DNA from: Octopus sinensis
Lineage: Eukaryota
Direction: 5' to 3'
DNA: 64,000 nt
NCBI RefSeq assembly: GCF_006345805.1
Contig: NC_042999.1
Coordinates: 57,226,001-57,290,000, forward strand
Part shown: positions 1-14,598 of the stretch, piece by piece
Numbering within the stretch: the first letter of the stretch is position 1
How the letters are laid out: every line of letters starts with the position of its first letter
Notes under the pieces: model-generated
What the model was told of the DNA's origin: nothing
Database searches by the model: none
The model's input: the letters and a program-made list of their open reading frames with translations, nothing else
Program-made: the position numbers and the translations under genes

Positions 1-127
1 ATACATATATATATATATATATATAATATATATATTCATGCATACAATATATTACATGCATACATATATATACATACATATAATATATACATGCATCATA
101 TATATACATACATATATATTATACATG

Positions 128-158
<31 letters not shown>

Positions 159-163
159 ACATG

Positions 164-194
<31 letters not shown>

Positions 195-852
195 ATACAT
201 GCATACATATATATACATACATATATATATACATACATACATATATATACATGCATACATATATATTACATCATATATATATATACATACATATATATAT
301 ACATACAATACATATATATATATATATATTACATATATATATATATTTATCTATACATACATATAATATATATTATATATACATAATATATATAATCATA
401 CATACATATAGATATATATGTATATATACATACATATATATATACATACATACATATATATATATACATACATATATATGTATATATATGTATATATACA
501 TACATAATATATATACATACATACATATATTATTATACATACTATATAATACAGATATATATATATACATATATATATACATATATATATATATACATAC
601 ATATATATATACATATATATATATATACCTATATATATATATATATACATACATATATATATACATATATATAACATATATATATACATACATATATATA
701 TACAATATTATATACATATATATATAATACATACATATATATATACATACATATATATATACATACATATATATATACATATATATATACATATATTATA
801 ATAATACATATATATAACATATATATATACATATATAATATATATATATATA

Positions 853-883
<31 letters not shown>

Positions 884-990
884 CATATATACATATATAC
901 ATACATATATATATACATATATATATATACATATATACATACATATATAATATATATATATATATATATATAATATATATTATATATAAT
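1..990. repeat. AT-rich compound microsatellite (TA/TACA/TATACA)n
   Basis: Low-complexity TA/CA alternation throughout; the Y/I/H/T-rich ORFs here are artefacts. Confidence 0.97.
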
Positions 991-1790
991 GAAATAAAGC
1001 TAAAGATGTGTTATAAAAGACCGTGAGAGATATGGTGGTGCGAAGAAAGAGGGAAAACAGGTGAGAAAAGAAAGTAAAAGTAGAAGAGAAAAATAATTTA
1101 GGAATATTATGAAGAGAAAAGAGTTGATGAAAGGGTAAGAGGAGAGAAATGAACGGAAAGGAGGTCGAAGTAAAGGTTGGAAGAGCAGAAAGAATTATAA
1201 GGCAGGACGAGGAGAAATAGTAACAATAAAAGGAGATTAGGTGGGGGAGAAGAGGAAGAGAGGAAAGTGAGGGAGAGAAGAGGAAGACAATACCTCAGAA
1301 GACCAATTTCTCGATGTGCAGTAGCCTCTAAAATAGAGCATAAGGCCTAAGTTTCGTGTAAGTATATAATATAATACAATATATAATATAATATAATATG
1401 ATATATATATATATAATATTTTATATATATAATATATATATATTATATATATATACACACATGCATCACAACAGACGCAAAGCAGATTCTCAACTTCAAA
1501 CAAGTGTCATCATCTCACTTCTAATCCGATTATAAAACCGATTCTCTGGTAGCTACTATAATAGGAAAAAACAAGCTTAATTATATAGAACGTTCTTATG
1601 TTTACAAATATATGAATGAACAAGAAGTTTAAAACGCTTTCATTAGTCATTGAAACCATTTCCTTCCAGGACTAAGACATTCAAAAAGTTTATTATCATA
1701 ATTCTTACCCTACATCATTCTTCTTTGTGTCCTTCTACAGAAACGAATCAGTTGTACCTTTGATGTGCGTGAATATATATGTATTTTATG

Positions 1791-1850
<60 letters not shown>

Positions 1851-1868
1851 TACACGTGTGTGTGTGTT

Positions 1869-1913
<45 letters not shown>

Positions 1914-2230
1914 GTAGGTAGATATGTAGGTTGAGCTTGATAGGTAGTCTACAAAGAGACAACTTACTAAATTCAATCAGTATCTGACTTTCTCCTCTAA
2001 CAAATATGGCCTCTCCTACTTATTACAAACGTAATTGTTCAATGTAGATTTTAAAAGGTACGCGAAGAATTTTGATATCAGAAGCTATCTTTTTCAACTT
2101 TCTGGCTGTCGACATAAATTGTCCTTATCATGTATAGGTATACAGTAGAGAATCCAGGTTTGTATCTTGACCGACTAACGGCCAACAAATTTAGTGGCTT
2201 AGCTTGGTAGACTACCACTAAAACACGATA

Positions 2231-2321
<91 letters not shown>

Positions 2322-2862
2322 GAGAGAGAAAATAAGAGATAAAGTAAATGCGACTCTCTCGGTTTCGACGATGATTATTGCAGGTGTTCGATCGACGGGA
2401 CTAGCTACTCATTAAATTATACTATAAAGGTCTGTGTATTTCATTGACATTTGTACCTTCAACGTAAATTGTCAGACAGAATCAGCGTAGCATAGTGTAA
2501 CAAGCCTGGGTCTTTGAATAAGATGTAGTCCAGCCGACGAGCTTTTGTACAGTTTAACCGCTACCCAGGTTTCACTTCAGAAGACTTGAGGGAAAGAGGG
2601 AGGTGTGTGTGTGTGGGGAGATCAACTCAAGGGTATGGTGAAAAATATATCGTTCATTATGCCACACAGTGGGATCGAACTCCGGACCTCTTGTCTTGAC
2701 TGTGAATCGAGCTTGTTCAAATCCCAACCACACACATATACACACACACATATATATATATATACACACACACACATATATATATATACACACACATATA
2801 TATATATATATAATATACACACACACATACACACATATATATATATACACACACACATAAAC

Positions 2863-2893
<31 letters not shown>

Positions 2894-3568
2894 TAAACAT
2901 ATATACATACACACATATATATAGACATGAATTTACACGCACACACACACACACAGAATCTGTATATCTAAATGGCCAAGAGAGGGAGGAAAAAAGCATG
3001 CAGCTTGTTTCTTACAAGCCGTAATGATGGTGATACCTGAATTTTATTTTGTTTATTCCTTAATAAAAATTATATTTGAAGGAGAACAAGAAGAGGTGAC
3101 ATACATTCGTGAAGTGAAACCAATCGAACGATCACCTGAGAATCGAAATCGGATCACTGGCTCGTTACGCCTTGATGGCATCCGCTAGAGGATGGTTCTT
3201 TAGTAGTAGTAGTAGTAGTAGTAGTAGTAATGGTGGTGGTAGTAAACAAGTTGTCTATTCTACATGAGGCCATTCATTATTTGTAAGGATGACTTAGTCC
3301 AGATTGCTGATCCGATACTGAATGAATCGTCGTCACTCCACTCTGGTAATCAAATAGTAATAGTAATGATGTCTTGCATCGGTCACAAGAAACGAAACCA
3401 TCGCTGTTATTGACAATACAAGGACAAAAGACAAAATCAACGTGGTGGTGGGGGAGTTTACATCAAATAAAAAAAGCGTGGGAAATCGGTGACAAATAAG
3501 AAATAACAATACATAATAAAAACAATAAAAGAGAAAAGCAAGAAGGAATCCTTGAAATGGTGGGAAAG

Positions 3569-3623
<55 letters not shown>

Positions 3624-3631
3624 CAACTTAC

Positions 3632-4129
3632 CACACAGTGTGTACACCTCCATATAACCGAGTACTTTTCCTTGCAGTCGAATTTATTGACAATGTTTAG
3701 AAAGAAGCTGTTTTTTTTACATACAGATTCATCTAAATTTTTAATCCCATCCAAGATTGATACACACTGTTCATAATCCCCTTGAACGCTTTTCACTACA
3801 TCCGATATAACAGAATCCAAAGTATACAACGTGCAAAACTTCAATCGTGTTTCGCGCATTTTGATCCTACGTTCTGTAGCAGAGAGATTACAGATTTCTT
3901 TTGTAATATTCCAACCTTCCAAAAGGCACTGGTTTGGTGTGCAGAAGGGTGTCAGGTAATCCGGGCCGTTGTCATCGGCTGGGGTTAAACCCGATACAAA
4001 TCCAGAAACCACGCACAACAACAGAGTTGCCAGACATTGACGGAACCACCTCCTTTGTAGAATAATGGTGGGTAACGGCGTTTTATCCCATAACGGTGAC
4101 ACTTCTCCATGGTTGAATAATAATATCAT
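3632..4129 (-). CDS. NALF1: First coding exon of NALCN channel auxiliary factor (NALF/FAM155/Mid1/NLF-1 family); downstream exons lie outside the window
   Basis: ATG at 4129, 166 codons. N-terminal hydrophobic segment (CLATLLLCVVSGFVSG). Cys-rich domain with RLKFCTLYTL (cf. vertebrate LSFCNSYTL) and KFDCKEKYSVIWRCTHCV (cf. Mid1/NLF-1 xxDCxxxYSVxxxCxxC). Ends at a canonical GTG|GTAAGT donor (phase 0) just before a (TTA)n tract. Family recognised from memory of motifs, no search run. Confidence 0.75.
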
Positions 4130-5374
4130 AGTTCGGTAGTTGACCAACAGTTGAATCCCGACGAGAAAAACATTTAAAAATCCAACGGTTCAACATTTAA
4201 GCATGTACACTACACACACAGAGAAACTCACCTTCGACTATACATACCACATTCAGAAAAGGAAACATTCACATTATACTAAATATATATTGTATTTTTA
4301 TAAGTACGTGTATATAGTAATACTAATAATAATTACAATCAGTTTCTTTCATTCACAGACAAAACAAACTCTATAGATGGAAAAAAACCGAGGGGACGCA
4401 AATAATGATTGCAGACTTGTAAAGTTGGGGGATTCAACAAGTCAAAATAATGTTGGATACGGATTGAGAGAAAGAAATAATACGAGTAAACGGCAATAAA
4501 GAATAACGAGAGGAAAATCAGCAACAGTCGAAGACGGAAGAAACGTTACATATACACACACACACACAGATACATATAGAAAGAACAGAATGATAACGAA
4601 GACGAAAGAAGGAAGACGAAAGCGGAGGAATGAGCACGGCAAAAAAAAGAAAGAAAAGGGGGGGAAAGGAAGTATGAAGGAAAGTGGGAGGAATGAAGAT
4701 GTATAAGGGTGGCTGACAGTGGTTTGAGGTGGAAGAAACGATACGATGGTTTTGGTTCACAAGAATACTGTTGACAACGAACGTCGATTCTACGCGAATG
4801 AATAGAATAAATAAATATAGTGTATCATTAGATTATTGCTGGTGCTTACAGACACTGACTGCGTTGCGGAGGGGGAGTTATTGCAGTTTTTACAGTGCGT
4901 CACCGGCAAAAACTAAAAAAATGTGAGAGAGAATTTTATAATAAAGGAAACAAGATAGAAATATTGGGAAAAAAGAAAAAGGCGACCAGCATCAGCTATC
5001 ATGAATTTTCCCGTATTTTTGTATGGTCGCTGCTTCTGGTGAAAGCCGAGTGTGAAATTGCTTCTCTCCCAAAGTAGTAGTCGAAGACGCCACAAGACTG
5101 ACAGTAAGAATAATATGAACAATAACAGCAGCACAGCGAGCGAGCTCAGCACCAACAGGCACCCCGCCTCCAAGAGAGGCCGTCAACAACATGGTTCGTG
5201 GGCCAGAATCGAGCTGCATCTGACAGCAGCCAAAAAAAAAAAAAAGAAAAGCTTACAGAAATTTGAAAGCGCTCAGCTTCTGATCGATAGTGGCAGAACT
5301 TGAAGCCCGGTATCTATTCTGAGAGTCGGGCACATGTTGATTGAATGAATAAGTGGCGTGGTGGACACAGACGG

Positions 5375-5480
5375 ACTCCTAACGCCATGTTTGAAGGTTG
5401 AAACAGCTCAGTTTGGCGTCGCGCATGCTCACCTCAAAATCTAACTGGACTTCTTGGATGTTTTTCTTATTGGTTTCAAT
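5375..5480 (-). promoter_or_regulatory. Putative core promoter of the NALF-like gene
   Basis: Repeat-free, CpG-containing stretch with a YY1-type AAACATGGCG on the minus strand (~5383-5392), NRF1-like GCGCATGC (5421-5428) and CCAAT on the minus strand (5469-5473), ordered as expected for a minus-strand TSS near 5400. Confidence 0.4.
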
Positions 5481-5792
5481 CTGTGTATCGTCTCTTCAAT
5501 ATCCGTTCCATCACTAGTGATTATCGGAAAATAAGGAATTCGACAGACAACGAAGAATCCCAAATTTTTGGAATGTAATTCTTTTCGAAAAGTGAATATC
5601 TAAAAATGTTCAAAGATTTCTCAAATTTTGACATGAGGAAATTTTAAACGTATTCCTTAGGTGCGTCTATAGACTCTAATACTGTACACTTTGTATATAT
5701 AGGTATGAAAGAAACCAATCAATAGATCGATATGACATGAAATGTGTTTCCGTGTGAATATGTTGCGGTGCTGTGACATACACACGCACATA

Positions 5793-5835
<43 letters not shown>

Positions 5836-5949
5836 GTTAGAATTATAGAATGAAATTAACCGTTAAATAATAAAAATATTTTTTACCGTTTCTATAAATA
5901 TATACTCACAGGCGCACGCAAATAAACAAATATGTATGTATATATATAT

Positions 5950-6006
<57 letters not shown>

Positions 6007-6489
6007 AATATATATCTGTCTTACAGTGGAGAAATAAAACAGAAAAATCGAAAATGAAAACCAACAACAATAACAACAAATAATGGTAATAAAAAATAAC
6101 AAAGTAAAAGAAATGCCAGATATGATGTAAAAATAGTCAAAGAGATGTAAAATATCCAAGTAATTTGGTTTTAAAATCTTGAATCTGTTCCTATAAGAAA
6201 GGAAGTGTGTCGCCTGCTGGATTTCTAAGATAAATCTAACAATTAGTCAAGATTAATGTGGCTTGTTAGCATACAACAAATACCTCCTCCGAGAATTATG
6301 AAAGAAGCGGGGGCTGGAGAACTACAACAGCATCAACCGTTATACAAACGACAGCTGTAGCTTGGATGGAATCACTGGCTAGTAGCAGCAGAAGCAGCGA
6401 TAGTTCTCTAGTGACAGTTTGTACTGGAAGGTGAAGAAGAAGGAATGTCAACAACAGCATCATCATCAACAACAACAAATGTACTACTG

Positions 6490-7545
6490 ACTGTTCAACC
6501 TGCTAGAAATGGCAGCAAAATCCACACCGAAATCACACTCCATTGTCTTGAAAAGAAAGGACACATTACATAATGTAGTTCTAATTTTACTGTCTATAAA
6601 AATTTTTTTTTTTAAATACGGTTAATCATAGGTCCGCTCAATCTGCCAACCAAGGGCTAAAGAACAACAACTTAACATGGGCCAACGTGCGAGAGAAAGG
6701 GAGAGGGAGAGAGAGAGGAAGAGAGAGAGAAAGGAGGGGAAGAGCTTTCACGTAATAACACAATCTGCTAGAAATAGTAACCAAGTCTCTTTCAGATCAT
6801 ATCCAAACGTCTTGGGTGGGGGAAGCTATAACGGATAATGTAGAGCTGGATGAATAAAAAATGGCGTAATGGTCATGGCTGGATTGCTTCCTGATGCCTA
6901 ACCTAGGGCCAAACAACATCAACAATAATAATTTATTCAATTATTCTTGTTTCTCTGTTTTTAAAGGAGAAACAGCGGAATAAACCGTTTCCAGTACATA
7001 ACTGGTATTTTTTTTTGTACACCCCAGAGAGTACCAAGCCGTGTCGATATAAGCATGGTTCGAACTCAAAACTTATAAGGTGAAGCTAAATGTTGTAAGG
7101 CTCGTTTCCATAATATTATACACGGTTACAGATTTACACAAAGCAAATATAATAGGAATCAAGCCGTTCTTGTGACTGACGTAAAGTTAATTGCTAAGGT
7201 CAGGAATCGAAACCACTACCTGGAGTTTACCTTGACAGAAACACGACACATTTTATTTATTTTGTCGTGGTTTGAAGTGAATTTTGTTGAGGAAGTTGGA
7301 TGGGATGCTGTCTGTTTACTTGACCATAGTGTATTACTGGTATATTTTACGTGCTGATGAGGGAAGAATTGCAGCTAAATCGCCCTTAAATATCATTCTA
7401 ACTTCTGGCTTAAAAAAAGCAGCGCGACACGTTGGGCTATATATTCTAGTTACAAGATGTCTGAATGAAAAGTAAGATGGTCATGGATAGTATGCCTTCG
7501 ATCACAGAACTGATCGAAGGCTGACCCAAGGTTAAGCAAAAACTA
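6490..7545 (+). mobile_element. Cluster of degenerate copies of a short interspersed repeat (CTAGAAATAGCAGCCAAATCTC...GGTCATGGCTGG...(CAA)n tail)
   Basis: Similar ~180-bp units at ~6490-6670, 6760-6925 and 7360-7545; further copies at 17430-17815 and inverted at ~25420-25500 and ~27080-27170. Confidence 0.6.
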
Positions 7546-7642
7546 GTATATATTATTAAGGGAATGGAATACTCGGTCGAACAGACCACAGCATATGATT
7601 GTTACACACACGCACTCACACGCGCGCACACACACACACGCG

Positions 7643-7683
<41 letters not shown>

Positions 7684-7746
7684 GTATGTACGTACGTACG
7701 TACGTATGTATGTATGTATGTATGTATGTATGTATGTATGTATGTA

Positions 7747-7792
<46 letters not shown>

Positions 7793-7794
7793 CA

Positions 7795-8959
7795 CAGGTT
7801 ACGATGGGTAAATTGTCACTATTTTATTTTTTTCGTGCACGCACATTGCTTGTTTTTGATTTTGTCGACTACACAGTACAGTAGGGTCAGTTGGGTACCG
7901 TCTGTGAGAAAAGCAACACCATGACACAATTGACTCTGCCAGAAATTTGGAAACGGCATGCTGTACTACTTGGCATTCTCGCCGGAAACTCCAATAAGAA
8001 CATTCCAGAGAGTTTGGGTGTCAATCTGAGGACAGTGAAGAGGATTCGGAAAGAGTTGGATGAGTCTAATTGTGATAACAAAGGTATGGCAGCTCGGAAA
8101 ACTCTCTCTGATCGTTCTGATAAGAAAAGAATTCCTGGATTTGTTGGTGAGATCTAGGCCATGATTAACAACGATCCCTCCAAGTCAATCAAGTTCATCG
8201 CCAGGGACATTGGGAGTGTCTGAGTTTCTTATCAGGCAGGTAGTGCAGGAAGACATTTGAGGGTCAACTTTTATCCCAAGCCATCAAGGACAAGAGAAAA
8301 GACCGCGCTACGAAGCTTTTGAACAAACTCAAGCATCCCCTCCATTCGAACATGCTTTGGTCTTTCGCAGACGAGAAAAATCTCTGCCAGGATCAGATGG
8401 TGAACACACAGAACAACCATTGGCTTGCCGTGTCCTCAAAACATGTACCGAGAGTAATAAAAACCAAACAGTCAACATCATAGTGTTTGGTGTGGTCACT
8501 AGTGATAACGACGTTATGCCTCCATTCATCTTCCCACACGGCCTCAGACTCAACACGGAGGCCTACATCAAGTGCTTGTATCAAGAGGGTGGCTGCTGGA
8601 AGACCCTGTCTGGCAACAGGACTCTGCACCATGCCACACAAACAGAAGAACCCAGTCATGACTGTCAGACAATTTCAACGACCACATCACCCCTAACATC
8701 TGGTAACCCCCTTGATTATTATGAAGGCGCAACCCCCTTCTAACAACAAAATGAACTGAAGACAATGCGTTGCAGGAAATTCCGAAGTTTTCTAGAGGCC
8801 GTGGTTGAAGCCAATTGCGATTTTATTGAATAAACTTACTCTTTAGTATTTCAAGATATTTTTATGTAATTTTGGTAAATATATCTGTTGAAATGAGATA
8901 TCAGTATTATTATTTTTATTTTTGAGTAATTTAGACGACAATTTATTCACTGCACCCTG
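7795..8959 (+). mobile_element. Decayed Tc1/mariner transposon, maT (DD37D)-like
   Basis: Imperfect TIRs (CAGGTTACGATGGGTAAATTGTC / GACAATTTATTCACTGCACCCTG followed by TA). HTH N-terminus (7921-8157). Catalytic remnants VFGVVTSDNDVMPPFIFPHGLRLNTEAYIKCL, WQQDSAPCH and NPLDYY, frameshifted. Confidence 0.85.
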
Positions 8960-8968
8960 TATATACTT

Positions 8969-9008
<40 letters not shown>

Positions 9009-9378
9009 ATAGATATTTTCTACACTTGTAGAATATACATTGAAGGTAAGGTTGACAAGGGGAAGAGAAGAGAGTATATCTAGAATACAAAAGGTCCAAA
9101 AGATAAAAGATATTTATAAAAGTGGTGATGAAAGCGAATGAGATTTGAAGATCCTATTCATATGGACCAAATACTAGCACTTGGGCTTTATGCCTTGGTT
9201 TTGATTTTATGAATCTTATATTTACTATTTGCATGTATTATAATCCTATAATTATGTATATTTTTTTCTCAAATATTTCTTTAATTAATCTTTTTTCATA
9301 TTCTATATTCGAGGTCTTTTTCGTTTGTTTACCTTGTATAGGTACACTTTTACAAGTTACAATGTATGCGGATAGGCA

Positions 9379-9412
<34 letters not shown>

Positions 9413-9893
9413 CGTATATGCGATTCAACCATACAATCATGTATGACAGGATCTTCAGCTACTAAACCGAAATATACAAGCTTGCGTGGTGATGAGAAAT
9501 GGTTGAAATCTAGCAGAATAATGCCAGTCAAAAGAACAGTGTGATCCTGTGTAGAATCAACGATTATCTAGTAATAGCGAGATGACTTAGAAAGAAAATC
9601 CAGTTTGGTGTGTAGCGTGCTGTAAAATCAATGGAAATATGGTACCCCTTAGTTTCCTTTAAAATATGTCTCTAGGAGAAGATTACTTCGTTGTAAAACT
9701 CACTGGTCATTTTATAGGCCTTTGGTGCCAGCTGAAGGTCATGACGTTAACACACACCGAGTCTGTGATCTTTATTGACACCAAGTATCTTCGTTTTGTA
9801 CCGGGACTCTGCCAATAGGTTGGAGAAGGTAAATAAGGTACTGTTAAACCTTTATCGGATTTAGAAAGACTTAGGAAACCTCTCCCTCCCCCC

Positions 9894-9976
<83 letters not shown>

Positions 9977-10104
9977 AAAATATATATAAAAATACAAAAT
10001 GGGACAAGAACGCAAATCATTCAAATAGACGACACAAAAAACGGACGGGTCATTCGAAGCCTCTAATCTTCAGTCAAGAACCGGATCATCCTCACAATTT
10101 CGGT

Positions 10105-10189
<85 letters not shown>

Positions 10190-10236
10190 ATATATACATA
10201 TATATACACTCATTCATACATACACATAAATTTTAA

Positions 10237-11700
10237 CCTACCAAACATCTTTGAAAATGTGTAAAAGTAGTCAACTTCCTTAACATCAGTCTTAATTCGG
10301 AACTATATTACCCTTGCCACAAACCTGACGAGAGTTTCCACTATGGGCATCAACTCTCTACTGACCCTAGGTCCGTTATTTAATAGCTTAGAGAAAATGT
10401 ATTGACTAAAATTTCGATCCTTTCGGCCAATACGCAAATCTTTAAAGATAATGCAGAATGAAACCTTATGCAGGAGTGGTTATAAAGAAAATTATATATA
10501 TGACAGATATTAAATTGCATTGCACTCTTAATACATGTAAAATTAACGATATAATAAATAACAACTATATGAAAATGTAAATTACGTTTCTTCTATTACT
10601 AGTAATTCTAATGACTTACAAATTCTACTCACTAATGAGGGATGGAAAACTCGCTTGTTAAGTAAGGTCAGAAAACAATTAAACGATGAACAGACCAGTA
10701 CAATGATAATCCACCATACAATGGTAGAATGTCTGGAATACCTGAAGCCTTAGATAACAAAATAAATTTTGATAGTACACGTACGAGTAAAAGTGTTTAA
10801 GTGGTAAAACTAATAATAGAACAAATAATTATGAAACTTTGAATACGCTGAATGAAAACTTTGTACAAGTTCAGATTCTCGAATTTAACATCCGAAATAT
10901 ATGGTTTCGATCTCTTTGTTGATAAACAAGTACAAGATAATAAAGTAAATAGAAAAAATATTATCAGGTATAAGTCACTCTTCTGTAATAAGGTGATAAT
11001 ATCAGTTCTAAATATTTTTGATATACTTAGAAAGATTTTTCTCCATAAGATAGCTATCAAAATGTACTTAAGAAACATACGATAAAACTGTTATATTCGG
11101 CTACCCCGAATCCAGTAGCAATAATAGCAGTTTCAGATATATCCAAACTATATAGGGAAGGTAATGCTTGACATAGGATTAAAGATTGGTAAATGGGGTA
11201 ATATAAATCCTAGAAAGCAATCTAATGCACATAATAATAGCCAGAAATCTTTAAATGTTGATAATAAAGATACATATGGTTGTAATCGAAGCCCTCCTAA
11301 TAATTGTTCATTATGCAGTGATTACATACGTAGTTGTGTAGTTTATAAATGTATACTAAAAACGTATTTTAGCTATAGGTATTACGTTAGATCGACAAGT
11401 CTTGTCAAAATACGCATATGAATGTATAATCACCTCATATTCACTCCTCTGATAATCCTCAACTCAGGTTTTCTACATCTCTTGCAGAATATATAATTAG
11501 TTTAAAATCTAAAAGAGCAAAAGTTTAGACGTATTGGAGCATTGTTAATTCTGCCGAGCCATGTCATGGAGAGAGGCAGGTTTTGCCATTTACATACATG
11601 GAAACCAATTAAATTCTTTGACAGATTATTATAACCATCTAAGAAATAATTATTTGATAGCTAAGTGAAGTAAATTGTAATTAATTGTAAAAAAAAATCT
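10237..11700 (+). mobile_element. Decayed Penelope-like retroelement (RT C-terminus + GIY-YIG endonuclease)
   Basis: Remnants VNFLNISLN...YYPCHKP (RT thumb) and GCNRSPPNNCSLC...VVYKC...YYVRSTS...MYNH (Cys motif + GIY-YIG); many stops. Confidence 0.6.
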
Positions 11701-11947
11701 AAACGGACCTTTAAAAACTACCTAAAGGGGCATAATTCCATTAACTGATACGAGTATATACCTTAAAACGTATGTAATAATTTTCTCCTTTCTGTTTTTT
11801 CTTTCTCCTTTTTCTCATTGTAATTGCGATGATCATGAAAAGCATTTGAACTGAATTACGCATGCGATGGATGGAATATTGATAAGTGGTCAATAACCAA
11901 TGTATAGTGTCATTAATCATACATGTTATAATGCTATAACTGCTACA

Positions 11948-12391
11948 TCTTTTGTTTGTTTCAGTTATTTGACTCCGACCATGTTGGGGCACCACCTTGG
12001 AGGACTTTAATTGAACAAATCGACCCCAGGACTTATTTTTTAAGTCTAGTACTTATTCTATCGGTTTCTTTTGCCGAACCGCAAAACACGGAGACGTAAA
12101 CACACCAACACGAGTTGTTAAGCGGTCGTGGGGGGCAAACACAAACACGAAGACGCGCGCGCACGTGCAAACACACACACACACATACTTACACGCGCAC
12201 ACGCACACATACACGCGCACGCACACACACATAAACGACGAGTTTCTTTCAGTTTCCGTCTACGAAATCCACTCACGAGGCTTTGGTCAGCTCGAGGCTT
12301 TAGTAGAAGAGACTTGCCCAAGGTGCCACACAGTGGGACTGAACCTGGAAGCATGTGGTCGGGAGGCAAGCTTCTTACCACACAACCACTA
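11948..12391 (-). mobile_element. tRNA-derived SINE family 1 (internal CA/TA microsatellite)
   Basis: Matches copies at 13617, 21857 and 57803; head with A-box TGGCTGTGTGG and B-box GGTTCAGTCCC. Confidence 0.85.
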
Positions 12392-13464
12392 CATTTTATA
12401 AATGCTTGTGTAAGAGAACATGTCTGGACAAATTGTATTAAATGAAAACACATGCCTTGTAACCAGAATTGTCTCTATGAAATGTCTTATTTTCCAATTG
12501 CTTTTTATGATTATCATTTACCTTCCTTCCATTTTTTATGTCATTAATATTGTTAATTATTTATTATTACTTAAAACATAAAATAACAGACTTAATGTAT
12601 TTCATACCATTATGATCTCAGTGTACCATTGTAATATTTATTTATTTTGTAAGTGGATTATGTAGTTAATCAATGTAGGTTTGTCAGATGTATGTAAAAT
12701 TTAGTATCGATTATTTGGTTTACTTTACTGTTTTGTCTGTTAAGTATTTGTCTTATATGTTATTTTATAGTTTGTTTATAGATTTTGTGCACTGGGCTGT
12801 ATAAAATCGCCATACTTTGCGTGTCTAATTGAAATTTGTAAATATTTTGATGAGTACATACCCTTTAGATTTTTATACCCTATAGAATTATATCTTTATA
12901 TTTATATATATTTAGGTAGCATGAAGGCTAAGAGAAACCACAGTGTGTTCTTTTTCATAAAACATTGTCCAATGAAAGTATGGAACCAGTCAAACTTTGC
13001 CGACATTTAGATACAAAACATAAAATAAACATAAACAAGCCTGTTGAATATTTTCGAAAAAGATACAAAACTCAACAGAAAACAAAATAACTGATCTTGA
13101 TAACAAAATTGCTGTGTTTACATTGCATGATGTGTCTCTTTTCGTAGTAAGGTGTGCAAAACCATGCACAGCAGTGGAAGAACTGATTCTGCCTACTAAT
13201 GAAGTAATCACCTCTAGAATGTAAGGAGGCAAAGTAACAAAGAATTATGACATAACTCTATTAGCTCCCCCACCCAAAATCTACGAAGCGGCAAATAGAA
13301 GATATGACTGATAAAGTTGGAAATAAGTGAAAAGAATGCAAGAAAATGAATTCTCGTCCTCACAATCAAATGGAAGTACGGATATTTGTTGCATTCATAC
13401 GGTATGAATTTAATGCTGCAATGAAAGGAGATTTTCTGTTTTCCAATCATTGCCTAGTCTAGAC

Positions 13465-14107
13465 CCGTGGTTCTCAACCACTTTTTTCTTTTGCCTATGG
13501 GATTCTTTGATTCTTATTTTACTCAACATGACATCCATAGCCATTCGATGTTTAAATACTAATCCTATAATATTTTCATAATTGAATATCATTAGAAATT
13601 GTATAAAAATATTGTTGGAGCAGGCATGGCTGTGTGGTAAGAAGCTTGCTTCCTAACCACATGGTTCCAGGTTCAGTCCATTGCGTAGCACTTTGGGAAA
13701 ATGTCTTCTATTATAGCCTTGGGTCGACCAAAGCCTTGTGAGTGGACGGAAGACGGAAACTGAAAGAAGCCCGTCGTATATACATATGTATGTATATCTA
13801 TGTGTCTGTCTTTCTGTGAATGTTCCCGCCCCCCACCTCCGCTTGACAATCAGTGTTGGGATGTTTGCATTCCTGTAACTTAGCGGTTCGATAGAGTAAG
13901 TACCAGGCCTAAAGAACAAACGGTGCTGAGTTCGATTAATTCGACTAAAAATTCAAGGCGATGCTCCCACACGACCGCAGTCTAAAGACTGAAACGAATA
14001 AAGTATAAAAGTTAAATATTATATGTAACTTAGGAGTATAACCAGCTTAACAACAAAATGTTAAATGAACCCCCAAGGGACATATGGACCTCAGTTGAGA
14101 ATCAGCG
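13465..14107. mobile_element. Non-autonomous hAT/Charlie MITE containing a SINE
   Basis: TIRs CCGTGGTTCTCAAC / GTTGAGAATCAGCG; left flank GTCTAGAC (Charlie NTCTAGAN target); interior homologous to 20285-21110. Confidence 0.75.
13617..14010 (+). mobile_element. tRNA-derived SINE family 1
   Basis: GGAGCAGGCATGGCTGTGTGGTAAG...GGTTCAGTCC head; body matches other copies. Confidence 0.85.
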
Positions 14108-14339
14108 GTATAAATTGAAAATGAAATCGGGAGGTCAAAATGCGTTGGAGTCTGTATTGGTTGAGTTCTTGCAATGTCAGGAAAATACAGAGGTTCAAGG
14201 TAAATTATTCAAAGTATAATGGCAAATGTCAAATGGACTCATTGATGCATGCATCGAGGAACATTGGTTGCAAGAAACGTGCCAGAAACATTTAAGACGA
14301 TACTGGAGAAGGCAGTGAAAGCAGTTAATTTCATAATGA

Positions 14340-14598
14340 AATAAAATAAATGCGCCCTTTTAAAGCCTAGCCAGGCTCATGGGCCCGGTTCCCCGGATTA
14401 TATGGCGTATGTGTTACTCAGCTGGACGGGACGCCAGTCAATCGCAGCGTTACTCATTTCTGCCAGCTAAGTGGACTGGAGCAACGTGAAATGAAGTGTT
14501 TTGCTCAAGAACACAACGCGTCGCCCGGTCCAGGAATCGAAGCCACAATCTTACGATCATGATGCTGACACCCTAACCACTAAGCCACGCGCCTCGAC
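14340..14598 (-). mobile_element. tRNA-derived SINE family 3
   Basis: Head GAGGCGCGTGGCTTAGTGGTTAG...TTCGATTCC on the minus strand; 13-bp TSD TTAATTTCATAAT on both sides. Confidence 0.85.

Noticed and set aside
38-944. Long ORFs rich in Y/I/H/T/C/V (also near 2600, 7600, 29550, 35400, 52650)
   Set aside because: Translations of TA/CA microsatellites; no coding complexity.
3458-3631. C-terminal poly-Leu 'transmembrane' extension of the 229-aa ORF
   Set aside because: It is the intronic (TTA)n microsatellite downstream of a canonical GTAAGT donor.
7352-7385. CTGATGAG hammerhead core
   Set aside because: No stem II or GAAA follows; it lies at the start of a degenerate SINE-like copy.
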